A DNA stretch of 64,000 bases from contig CALRBR010000002.1 in assembly GCA_943354385.1 (NCBI GenBank), forward strand, positions 4,208 to 68,207. Direction: 5' to 3'. The translations under genes and the position numbers were made by a program. The notes under the pieces were generated by a model that did not search any database, was not told the origin of the DNA, and was given only the letters and a program-made list of their open reading frames with translations. Source of the DNA: Candidatus Tayloriibacteriota bacterium. Its GTDB lineage: Bacteria; Patescibacteriota; Minisyncoccia; Phycocordibacterales; PALSA-1337. Of the stretch, positions 56,146-64,000 are shown one piece after another. Each line of letters begins with the position of its first letter. Position 1 is the stretch's first letter.

Positions 56146-56916
56146 ATGAAGAAACAGTCGTTTATTCCCGGTGTAGTCTGCTCGGTCAATGAGTCCAAGT
56201 TGCCACATTTTCGGCATGCTTTGGATACTCTCATTGCACAGCCAGAGCTGTGTGATACGGTCGAGATTAGACTTGATGCCATAAGGACACACCTTTTTCA
56301 GTTTTGGGATCAGATTGCACTCATTATGCAGTGTAAACCAACCATCCTCACCTTTTGTTCAAAGGAACACGGAGGACATGAGGTGATTTTACTTGAGGAC
56401 CGTCTGGCCTTTTGGTACGGGTTGCCTCAGGGTATCTATGAAATGATTGAGACCAAAGACTCGAGAGTGTTCGTTGATTGGGAGCTCGATATTCATGAAG
56501 TCTATTCAAGAAATGTGGGCAATGTTCGTTTTCCACCACTATTTCCCTGGAGCCAGGTGATTGCCTCAGAGCACGACTTTGGTGGAACGCCGACCAATCC
56601 TGGAGAGCCTCTTTCTCGCTTAGAAGATACAAGAGCAGAAGCATTTCTTAAGCTAGTAACTAGGGCAAACAGTGATCGGGATGTCGAACGCTTGAGGACG
56701 CTCTTTGACGGTCGGACAGACCCTCGAACACTTGCTTCCTTTGCAATGGGTGCAATAGGCGAACAAAGTCGTTTCGAGTGCATGAACTGGGGGAGTTGTG
56801 CGACCTACGGCTACCTCGAGGGTAGTGCTAGTGCGGCTCCGGGGCAGGTGTCGGTGCAAATGCTCATGGCCAATCCCTCAGTGCAGAGAGCTCGGTGGCT
56901 GTGGGGTCTCGTGTGA
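56146..56916 (+). CDS. aroD: type I 3-dehydroquinate dehydratase-like protein (AroD fold)
   Basis: 256 aa. N-terminal VEIRLD, ASEHDFGGTP (cf. AroD S-H-x-F-E-x-TP), C-terminal FAMGAIGEQSRFECMNWGSCATYGY matching the AroD Lys/Schiff-base region. Local GC higher than neighbours. No other shikimate genes in the window. Confidence 0.5.
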   Translation: MKKQSFIPGVVCSVNESKLPHFRHALDTLIAQPELCDTVEIRLDAIRTHLFQFWDQIALIMQCKPTILTFCSKEHGGHEVILLEDRLAFWYGLPQGIYEMIETKDSRVFVDWELDIHEVYSRNVGNVRFPPLFPWSQVIASEHDFGGTPTNPGEPLSRLEDTRAEAFLKLVTRANSDRDVERLRTLFDGRTDPRTLASFAMGAIGEQSRFECMNWGSCATYGYLEGSASAAPGQVSVQMLMANPSVQRARWLWGLV

Positions 56917-57181
56917 AATGTAAGTTGCTCTGGGCTCGGTGTCCAGAGATTTTTAATTTATGGGGCTTAGATGTATGATGTACGATTTATGATTAACGAA
57001 TTAATGAGTATCCACGGAATTTTCTACTGAAAATTCCGTGGATACTCATTAACCATTGTTAAAAAACAAAAACCTTTCGATATATCGAAAGGTTTTGTTT
57101 CTCACGCCGTACCATTCATGAATTCCCATAGTAGAGATTACTCGCTACAGGGCAAGCATAAATCGTGAATTAATTTTCCTT

Positions 57182-57757
57182 CTACAATATCTTATCCACA
57201 ATCCCGTACTTCTTTGCTTCCTCCGCAGACATATAAAAGTCTCGCTCAATGTCTTTTTCTATCTGTGACACGGTCTGGTCACAGTTTTTGGCAAGCATTT
57301 TGGCGAGATTTTCTCGAGTTTTCAAAATATGCTTTGCGCTGATCGCGATATCGGTAGCCTGACCTTCTGCACCACCTAGTGGCTGGTGTATCATCACTTC
57401 GGCGTTTGGTAGGATAAAACGCTTGCCCTTTTTACCGGCTGAAAGCACCATAGCACCGCCAGATGCGGCGAGTCCGACACAGTAGGTCGCCACGTCGTTT
57501 TTGACAAAGTTCATGGTGTCTATGATCGCGAGAGTGGAGGTTACTGAGCCACCGGGGGAGTTTACATAGAGGCTGATTTCTTTTTTCGGGTCTTCTGACT
57601 GGAGAAAAAGCATCTGGGCGATGACGGTATTGGCTACGCCGTCGTCTATCGGACCGCCGAGGAAGATAATGCCATCACGAAGTAGTCGTGAGTAAATATC
57701 GTAGGCTCGTTCGCCAAAAGGTGACTTTTCGATAACGGTGGGGATGAGGTATGACAT
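57182..57757 (-). CDS. clpP: ATP-dependent Clp protease proteolytic subunit
   Basis: 191 aa. Ser-His-Asp triad contexts ([18 protein letters not shown]). Confidence 0.9.
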   Translation of the reverse strand: MSYLIPTVIEKSPFGERAYDIYSRLLRDGIIFLGGPIDDGVANTVIAQMLFLQSEDPKKEISLYVNSPGGSVTSTLAIIDTMNFVKNDVATYCVGLAASGGAMVLSAGKKGKRFILPNAEVMIHQPLGGAEGQATDIAISAKHILKTRENLAKMLAKNCDQTVSQIEKDIERDFYMSAEEAKKYGIVDKIL

Positions 57758-57854
57758 AAGTATTTTGATTACTGATTAGGATTCATACTATACCATATTT
57801 TCACAAGACGCAAAGTAAGCAGACTTTTTATTAAAAACAGGTATACTGTATTTC

Positions 57855-58577
57855 ATGAAAATACATCGATTCTATGTGGAGGAGGAAATGGGTAAAAAAG
57901 GTGAAAAAGAGCAGATTTCCCTCACTAACCCCGAGTTATTGCACCAAATGAGCAAAGTTTTTCGGTTTAAGGCTGGTGACACGGTCATTTTGTTTGATGG
58001 CACTGGAGGTGAAACGGTGTGTGAAATTACCTTGCTGACGAAAAAAATCGCTGAGTTTTCTGTAAAAGAAAGGCGAGAAGGTCTCGTGGTTCCAGCTCAA
58101 AAAGTAACGATGTATTTATCTCTCATTAAAAAAGATAACTTTGAGTGGGTATTGCAAAAGGGGACGGAGCTCGGCGTGACTCGTTTCGTGCCAGTCATTT
58201 CGGAAAGAAGTGAGAAAAAAGATTTGAATATGGAGCGGGCGAGAAAAATAGTAGTAGAAGCGACCGAGCAGTCTGGCTGGGCGAGTGTGCCTGAGGTTAA
58301 TGATCCGGTTTTACTTGCTGATGTTCTGGAGTCAAAAGAGTCCATTTCAGAAAATCTGATAGCATTTCATCTTGAAGGAAAACGCTTTGAAAAATCTGTG
58401 CTAGTGGGCATGGCAGGCAAAGCATCTCTTGGAATTCTCATCGGCCCCGAAGGTGGTTTTAGCGAAAAAGAAATTGTCCTTTTCAAATCAAAAAATATCC
58501 CTATTTATTCTCTTGGTAAGCAAACTCTTCGTGCCGAGACGGCAGGTGTCGCTATTGCGAGTCTATTGCTTTTGTGA
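57855..58577 (+). CDS. rsmE: 16S rRNA (uracil1498-N3)-methyltransferase RsmE
   Basis: 240 aa. PUA-like N-terminus and SPOUT knot motifs (LIGPEGGFSEKE). Confidence 0.8.
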   Translation: MKIHRFYVEEEMGKKGEKEQISLTNPELLHQMSKVFRFKAGDTVILFDGTGGETVCEITLLTKKIAEFSVKERREGLVVPAQKVTMYLSLIKKDNFEWVLQKGTELGVTRFVPVISERSEKKDLNMERARKIVVEATEQSGWASVPEVNDPVLLADVLESKESISENLIAFHLEGKRFEKSVLVGMAGKASLGILIGPEGGFSEKEIVLFKSKNIPIYSLGKQTLRAETAGVAIASLLLL

Positions 58578-58598
58578 GTAGGGTAGGCATCTTAGTCC

Positions 58599-58727
58599 AT
58601 TCCTCCTTTTCTAAAGGAGGTGGCTGGTACTCCAGACGGAGGATTTTAAATCCCTCGGCTTGAAGCCTGCTGAGTCGATCGTTTGTGATCGACACCTGTA
58701 GACGGCCTTTAGAAAAGGGAGAATGAA
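58599..58727. repeat. family-1 MITE-like repeat
   Basis: ccattcctccttttctaaaggagg...gtcgatcgtttgtgatcgacacctgtagacggcctttagaaaagggagaatg. Confidence 0.75.
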
Positions 58728-58771
58728 TACAAAACCTCTGCGACCCAAAATTGCGGAGTGTTTTTGAAAGA

Positions 58772-59863
58772 TTATTTCTTACCTACAAGCAAATCAAACA
58801 CCTTTTCATTGACCAACATTGACTCGACGTAGTTGCGAACACGATTGAGATCAGCGTCCGGGTAGTGCTCTAGGACGGCCTTGATTTCTTTCTCAGCTCG
58901 CTCTGGATCGGCCGTAATTTTTTCGGTCTCAGCTATTTTGTGAAGCACGATCTGTAGAGTCGCACGCTTCAGAGCGTCTCCCCTCCATTCTGCACGCATT
59001 TCTTCGCGAGTCTTTTTGAGGTGTTTCATATAATCCTCGGCTTTGATGCCCATACGAGTGATGTCGTCGTTGAACTGAGCTTCCATTTTGTCGAGCTCGG
59101 CTTCTACGATCACCTTTGGCAAGTCAGCCTTAGTTTCCTTGATCACCGCCTCGGCAATCTCAATGCGCTTTTTCTCGTTGGCCTTATGTTCTTTATCTTT
59201 CTGAATATTTTCGGTTACTTTGGCCTTAAAATCAGCAACATCCTTGAAATCGCCGACAGTTTTCACAAAAGCGTCATCAAATACAGGAAGGGATGTCTCG
59301 ACAGCTTTGTCATGATCTTCTTTGCTCATTTTGGCATGGTCGTGGCCGGTGTGGTCGACTCGACTTTGACGGATTTCCATAATAACCGCTTCAATTTCTT
59401 TTTCAGTTACGGTGACTTTCTCTACCGGCTTTGCATTTTCTTTATCGGCAATCTTTTTGTAGTCGGGGAGAGTGACTTCTGGCATCACGGCAGTTTTGAT
59501 TTTAAATGAAAGGTCACTTCCCACGGCGATCTTGGTCAGAGCGATTTCTGGACGGCCAATAGCGTCAATTTTGTGCTCGACAAGCAAGTCTGGGTACATT
59601 TTACTGATAGCGATCTCGGCCATCTCCTCAAGTACTGCCATTTCGCCCACTTTGGTCACGAGCATCTTTTCAGGTATTTTGCCTTTGCGAAAACCGTCTA
59701 TTTCGGCATTTTTACCGATATATTCTAGTGCTTCTTTGCGAAAAGGGGCGAGCTTGTCAGCGCTGATCTCTCCGATGATCTCTATCTCAGAGTCAGGTAA
59801 TTTGGTGGTTTTGATGTTTGAATACAGCACAGCTTTTGGTGTTTTTTCTTCGGTTTTTTTCAT
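58772..59863 (-). CDS. tig: trigger factor (short form lacking a recognisable PPIase domain)
   Basis: Start at MKKTEEK (59863). GFRKGKIP ribosome-binding signature. Long helical C-terminal arms. Upstream 36 codons of the track ORF overlap a family-2 repeat. Linked to clpP as usual. Confidence 0.7.
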   Translation of the reverse strand: MKKTEEKTPKAVLYSNIKTTKLPDSEIEIIGEISADKLAPFRKEALEYIGKNAEIDGFRKGKIPEKMLVTKVGEMAVLEEMAEIAISKMYPDLLVEHKIDAIGRPEIALTKIAVGSDLSFKIKTAVMPEVTLPDYKKIADKENAKPVEKVTVTEKEIEAVIMEIRQSRVDHTGHDHAKMSKEDHDKAVETSLPVFDDAFVKTVGDFKDVADFKAKVTENIQKDKEHKANEKKRIEIAEAVIKETKADLPKVIVEAELDKMEAQFNDDITRMGIKAEDYMKHLKKTREEMRAEWRGDALKRATLQIVLHKIAETEKITADPERAEKEIKAVLEHYPDADLNRVRNYVESMLVNEKVFDLLVGKK

Positions 59864-59907
59864 AGTTTCAACAGTGTAGCGTGTGGGTGGGGAATTGGCA
59901 AGCGCCC

Positions 59908-59996
59908 GCCGATTTGTAGGAAGCGGAGCGACGATACAAATCGAGCGGACCGAAGTACCCCCTTCGGTCAAGGCCGATAAAGCGAAGCAACCTTAT
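59908..59996. repeat. family-2 repeat (inverted)
   Basis: ...gcggagcgacgatacaaatcgagcggaccgaagtacccccttcggtcaaggccgataaagcgaagcaacc. Confidence 0.7.
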
Positions 59997-60007
59997 TGAA
60001 TTTGAAA

Positions 60008-60083
60008 ATCCATCGGCACGGAGCCTTCTGAGTCGATCGTTTGTTGATCGACACCTGTAGACGGCCTTTACAAAGGGAGAATG
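60008..60083. repeat. family-1 repeat fragment (core plus right arm)
   Basis: ctgagtcgatcgtttgttgatcgacacctgtagacggcctttacaaagggagaatg. Adjacent to a family-2 copy. Confidence 0.6.
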
Positions 60084-60175
60084 TATCCCACGAAATTGCT
60101 TCCGCAATTTTGTGGGTCTTTCCTCTTTTCCTTGTTAGTACAAACCCCCAACATGCGATAAAATAGAGATACAAA

Positions 60176-61354
60176 ATGAATCATGTAAAACATTTTTTTC
60201 TATTTATTTTCCTTTTGGGTGTTTTTGCCATGGTTTATTTGTTTCTATACTCTTATTTAACAAATAATTTTAACGCTCGTCAGGTGGTGGCAATAAAAGT
60301 CGCTGATCAGGTGAAAGAAAAGCAAAAAGAGGCCATAACTGTGCATGGTCCGTCGCCCGCACCCTTCATTTCAGAAAAAAATGAGTCAGTCGAAGCACAA
60401 ATACCCGAAAAATCGGACTTAAAAAACTTCTCTTGGTCACAGGTGACTTCATCTGCACCATGGGGGAGTAGAGACTCTGCGGTCAGCTTTGTATTTAAAA
60501 ATAAAATGTGGACTATGGGAGGGCTTAATGGAAACGGAGATGTGACGTATGGACACAAGATTAAATATTGGGAGGCTCCGTATTTTAATGATATTTGGAC
60601 AAGTGATGATGGTGCAAATTGGAGTAGAGTGGCTGAACATGCAGAGTGGTCGCCTCGGAGGTCTATGTCGGTCGTTTTGTTTAAGGGAGCCCTATGGATG
60701 TTTGGCGGATGGGGTCCCATTAACGGGTATGCAAAAGACGTTTGGAAATCTACAGATGGAGTCATCTGGAAGCGAGTCGTTTCAAATGTACCGTGGTCTG
60801 TCAGAGAAGGTCAGACAGCAGAAGTTTTCCAAGGCAAAATTTGGCTGATCGGCGGAGTAGATTATGACAATCGCGAAACAAAAAATGACGTGTGGTATTC
60901 GGAAAACGGGATTGATTGGTATGAGGCGACAGCATCGGCCCCGTGGAGCTCTCGTTGGGATCATGCTACGGCGGTATTTGGTGGGAAGATTTTCCTCTCG
61001 GGCGGTATGAATTTGAACAAACAGACCTTTGGTGACGTATGGTCTTCGTCCGACGGTACTAATTGGGAAAAAGTAAGTCCAAATCCGTCCTGGCAGGTAA
61101 GACAAGGTCACACGCTCGTAATTTTTCAGGATATGATCTGGTCTGTAGGAAGACTCAATGATAATGGCGGGGTAAATGATATTTGGTATTCGAAAAATGG
61201 TTTATCGTGGCAAAAGACAGCTTTCGACCCGCCTTGGCTCGGTCGAGAGGATCATTCGGTCTTGGTTTTCAAAGATAGAATATATGTATTTGGCGGGATG
61301 GACTCAAATTGGCATTGGCAAAATGATGTGTGGGTGTCGTCAAATTTAAAATAG
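60176..61354 (+). CDS. Kelch-repeat beta-propeller protein with N-terminal TM anchor
   Basis: 392 aa. About six repeats of W..(G).W....P..R..H..VVF.G..W(M/L)FGG. Confidence 0.6.
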   Translation: MNHVKHFFLFIFLLGVFAMVYLFLYSYLTNNFNARQVVAIKVADQVKEKQKEAITVHGPSPAPFISEKNESVEAQIPEKSDLKNFSWSQVTSSAPWGSRDSAVSFVFKNKMWTMGGLNGNGDVTYGHKIKYWEAPYFNDIWTSDDGANWSRVAEHAEWSPRRSMSVVLFKGALWMFGGWGPINGYAKDVWKSTDGVIWKRVVSNVPWSVREGQTAEVFQGKIWLIGGVDYDNRETKNDVWYSENGIDWYEATASAPWSSRWDHATAVFGGKIFLSGGMNLNKQTFGDVWSSSDGTNWEKVSPNPSWQVRQGHTLVIFQDMIWSVGRLNDNGGVNDIWYSKNGLSWQKTAFDPPWLGREDHSVLVFKDRIYVFGGMDSNWHWQNDVWVSSNLK

Positions 61355-61356
61355 CC

Positions 61357-62301
61357 ATGTTACCGAGTAATAAAATAATCAAACTAGGCATTGCCTGTTT
61401 CGTGGCACTTCTCACGATCGTGGGACTTGTCGTTTGGGACGGTCAGTCTAGAGTCGGCGGGAGGATTGAAGTGGTGGGTGACACAAGCCCCGATTTAAAT
61501 GAAAAAGAGACAGATGCTGATGAAGAAATTATTTCCGCCGAGACATTTTTGGCAGTATTGATAGATAAAGACGGTACGGAGGAGATTTTATTAGAGAAAA
61601 ATAAGGATATGCGCATGCCAATTGCCAGTATTTCTAAATTAATGACAGCTCTAGTGGCGTCTGGTCAATATCGCCCCGAAGAGGTGATTGTTTTTTCTGA
61701 GAACACTTTAAATGGCAAAGGTTTGTCTGGTGTGTATCACACAGGTGATAGTTTTTACTTTTCAGATATATTGCAGACACTTCTCGTGGGATCACATAAT
61801 GAAGTCGCAAGTCTTTTGGCAGAAAAAGTAGGTACAGCAAAATTTGTTAGTATAATGAACCAAAAAACCCGAAAGCTTGGTCTGGAGGAGACATTTTTTG
61901 TAAATGTAACTGGTCTCGATACAGCTACAAGTAGCGATAAAATAAATAGCTCGACCGCTTCTGATGTGGCTGAGCTCGTGAGGTATCTGGAGGAGAGTCG
62001 TCCGGATATTTTATCGGTAACAGGCCAGAAACAATTCGAGCTTTTTGATGTAAATAAAAAGTTCGTCGCAAAGATTATTAATACCAATAGTCTGGTGAGG
62101 GAAGACGATTTACCCTTTCATATTATTGGTGGGAAAACAGGCGAGACACCTAGAGCAAAGCAGAGTCTCGTGACTGTAGTTATTGCTCCGTGTGGAGGAA
62201 GAATTATAGGCGTAGTTTTAGGCTCTCAAGATAGATTCGGAGATATGAAGATGTTGTTTCGACAGGTAGAAGATTCTAGAGAATGGAATTGTGGGATCTA
62301 G
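61357..62301 (+). CDS. serine-type D-Ala-D-Ala carboxypeptidase (PBP5/S11-like)
   Basis: SxxK (ASISKLM), SxN-like (SHNE), KTG (GGKTGET) motifs. N-terminal TM. Start chosen at M 61357 to avoid overlapping the Kelch gene stop. Confidence 0.7.
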   Translation: MLPSNKIIKLGIACFVALLTIVGLVVWDGQSRVGGRIEVVGDTSPDLNEKETDADEEIISAETFLAVLIDKDGTEEILLEKNKDMRMPIASISKLMTALVASGQYRPEEVIVFSENTLNGKGLSGVYHTGDSFYFSDILQTLLVGSHNEVASLLAEKVGTAKFVSIMNQKTRKLGLEETFFVNVTGLDTATSSDKINSSTASDVAELVRYLEESRPDILSVTGQKQFELFDVNKKFVAKIINTNSLVREDDLPFHIIGGKTGETPRAKQSLVTVVIAPCGGRIIGVVLGSQDRFGDMKMLFRQVEDSREWNCGI

Positions 62302-62357
62302 CCTATCCTGAATTAGGAAATATGCCGAGAAAGCCTGTTGCAGTTAACGGTAATAAT

Positions 62358-62621
62358 CTACTCAGTAAGCGCATCTATCTCCGCTTGAATATTTTTTAGA
62401 TCAGTAGCACTCTCTAGTTTCAATTTTTCGAGTTCCTTCTCCTGCTCCAGCTCGCTTTTCTGAGCCTCTTGTCGTTTTTTCTCTTGCTTGTTGAGCTGTT
62501 GTCCCCAGATATAGAGACCACCAATAAGTAGTATGATGATTACTATCGCCGAGCCGATAATAGGGCCGACTGGCTTTTGCTGGTCATTATTTTGTGCGAT
62601 ACTTTTGTTGGGGTTTTCCAT
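62358..62621 (-). CDS. small single-TM protein with Glu/Lys-rich coiled tail (hypothetical)
   Basis: 87-aa ORF. Confidence 0.3.
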   Translation of the reverse strand: MENPNKSIAQNNDQQKPVGPIIGSAIVIIILLIGGLYIWGQQLNKQEKKRQEAQKSELEQEKELEKLKLESATDLKNIQAEIDALTE

Positions 62622-62643
62622 ATTTGCCCCTTCGAGGGGAGGC

Positions 62644-63348
62644 TTATTTGACGGAACTTTTTACTGGTGCTTCTACTTCTTCGTCGTCGTTTTGCGCATC
62701 AGTACTGATGGTCTCTACTACGTCAGTCAATGACTTTTGAGCTTCTTTCATACTTTTACGAGCGTTTTCGTAGATATCTTTCTTTAGAGATGTCTTTGGG
62801 GCAGATGAAACTACTTCTCCGAGGATAATCTCAATATCTCTCTCTGCGTCATCGATTTTTACATCGGCAATAGCGAGGGCAATACGAGCATCGGTGAGGT
62901 CGATTTCCTGGTTTTCAATCTTTTGGATACGGATATCGAGTCGGTCGGCTATCTTCCGCATGTTTTCGATCCGGAGTAGAAGTGGGTCTACCTGTCTTTT
63001 GCTTAATGATGCAAATGAGGTAGATGTTGAGGTGTTTTCCTCGCTACTCTTCTTTCGCTCTTCCATTTTCTGAGCAATCAGCTCGTTTCGCATATTTCGG
63101 TGCTTTTCGCGGTTTTCCTTTGACTGATCTACCCCTTTTTTGAAGGCGGTTTTGAGCTTGAGAATCTCGTTTTTGACCGAATTGGTCGAGGTGGCCTGGA
63201 TTTCGGCGGTCTTGACTACACTTGGGGCTACGGTGACTTTCTTGTCTACTACCTCCGCAGAAGCAGTGTGGGCAGATATAAATACAAGGCTCAACAGAGC
63301 CATTTTAAGGGCTATTTTGGCTTGATTGGGGCTTATAAATGATGACAT
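62644..63348 (-). CDS. secreted coiled-coil protein (hypothetical)
   Basis: Signal peptide MSSFISPNQAKIALKMALLSLVFISAHTASA, then a heptad-rich sequence. The upstream part of the track ORF is unlikely to be coding. Confidence 0.4.
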   Translation of the reverse strand: MSSFISPNQAKIALKMALLSLVFISAHTASAEVVDKKVTVAPSVVKTAEIQATSTNSVKNEILKLKTAFKKGVDQSKENREKHRNMRNELIAQKMEERKKSSEENTSTSTSFASLSKRQVDPLLLRIENMRKIADRLDIRIQKIENQEIDLTDARIALAIADVKIDDAERDIEIILGEVVSSAPKTSLKKDIYENARKSMKEAQKSLTDVVETISTDAQNDDEEVEAPVKSSVK

Positions 63349-63741
63349 AATAGAGTTAAAGTTAGAGTAAAGGGAGTCCAAATGTAGTATCGCTACTACA
63401 GGGGTACAGTATATCACAAAACAAGCTACTTTGATAGATGCCTGGGGATAAAGTGGGGGCAGTGAAATCGGCGATAATTGGGAAAGAAAGGTGTAATACG
63501 GATTGTCCACACCACCCTAATTGTAACTACCTATACCTATAGTGGTTGCTTTTCATAATTACATTAAGAAATAATTTGAAATGTGAAAGAATTTAAAAAG
63601 TCGATGCTGTTCTGCTATTTTTGGTTGGTATTGGAGTGCTCGCTATAGGAAATAGGTTATCCGATCAAGGGGGTCTATCTGATGCTGTTGGGGTAAGGAT
63701 CGCTATATTTGGGGAGGTTCTGATTTTCTACTATCAAAGAA

Positions 63742-63855
63742 ATGGATAGAATTATTGTAATACAGGACGGTAAAATACTGGAAACGGGTACTTTTGATGA
63801 GCTCTATGAGCGAGATGGCCGATTTAGAGAGTTTTGGGATAAGCAACAGGCTTAG
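63742..63855 (+). pseudogene. C-terminal remnant of an ABC-transporter ATP-binding subunit
   Basis: 37-aa ORF MDRIIVIQDGKILETGTFDELYERDGRFREFWDKQQA is the typical tail of ABC exporters (..RIIVL..G.I.E.GTH.EL....G.Y..L). An in-frame stop lies 7 codons upstream, so the rest of the gene is absent. Confidence 0.3.
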
Positions 63856-63910
63856 TGGTATAAAAAATACTCCCCGCGACGCAGTCGCGGGGAGTATTTT
63901 TTAAGATTTT

Positions 63911-64000
63911 AGTTACTTTTTTGCTTTTGTCCCTTTTTTCTTCAAATCATCCTGATAAAATTTGATACCTCGGGCAAAGGCCGCTTCTGCAGCTACTTTG
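63911..64000 (-). CDS. 3' end of a minus-strand gene with Lys-rich C-terminus (partial)
   Basis: The reverse strand reads ...KVAAEAAFARGIKFYQDDLKKKGTKAKK-stop. Preceded by a bidirectional terminator at 63868-63900. Gene continues beyond the window. Confidence 0.3.

Noticed and set aside
14968-60083. CRISPR array
   Set aside because: The abundant repeats are dispersed, 85-150 bp long, internally palindromic and separated by whole genes rather than 25-40-bp unique spacers. No cas genes are present.
59868-60174. Two overlapping minus-strand ORFs, 79 and 68 aa
   Set aside because: They cover a family-2 repeat and a family-1 fragment. The N-terminal extension of the tig ORF through this region was also trimmed.

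Overview
This 64-kb window is a chromosomal region spanning the replication origin of a small-genome, low-to-moderate-GC bacterium. The core origin layout is rpmH-rnpA-yidC on the plus strand and dnaA-dnaN on the minus strand, with a DnaA-box cluster and an AT-rich tract between dnaA and dnaN. The gene content is consistent with a Candidate Phyla Radiation (Patescibacteria)-like organism, although I cannot confirm this from the sequence alone. Supporting features are the short YidC, the apparent lack of Shine-Dalgarno sequences, a DUF559 nuclease, tRNA genes without an encoded CCA next to a cca gene, and many secreted or membrane proteins.

Housekeeping genes are dense. They include ruvB-yebC-ruvC, tyrS, a class A PBP, ksgA, a UvrD/PcrA helicase, rpsO, xer, xth, cca, hup, rny, clpP, rsmE, tig and comM/yifB.

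Five observations stand out:
- A ~14-kb block of ten co-oriented minus-strand genes (16068-30298) encodes a VirB4-family ATPase, a VirB6/TrbL-like polytopic membrane protein, a VirB3/PrgI-like protein, a VirB2-like double-hairpin membrane protein and several secreted proteins. No relaxase or VirD4 is present. This is a chromosomal T4SS-like apparatus and the best candidate for an undescribed system.
- A modular MITE/REP-like repeat family (at least 13 copies, ~100-150 bp) lies between nearly every gene of that locus and elsewhere. One copy is inserted in frame inside ksgA. One copy has a DUF559 endonuclease gene nested inside it. One copy sits between what look like two halves of virB4. All share a conserved CAGTAG hexaloop.
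- A cluster of four tRNAs (Arg-TCG, Gly-GCC, Pro-TGG, Gly-TCC) is accompanied by opposite-strand elements that copy the T-loop, acceptor 3' strand, discriminator and CA of the neighbouring tRNA, usually interrupted by a short hairpin. Two larger homologous elements flank a frameshifted yraN in inverted orientation.
- An asnB / ATP-grasp ligase / aspartate racemase trio suggests D-Asp/D-iAsn peptidoglycan cross-bridging.
- A GC-elevated islet follows the xer recombinase and may carry a ~400-nt structured RNA.

Two further repeat families, dispersed consensus DnaA boxes just upstream of promoters, and several gene remnants are also recorded.
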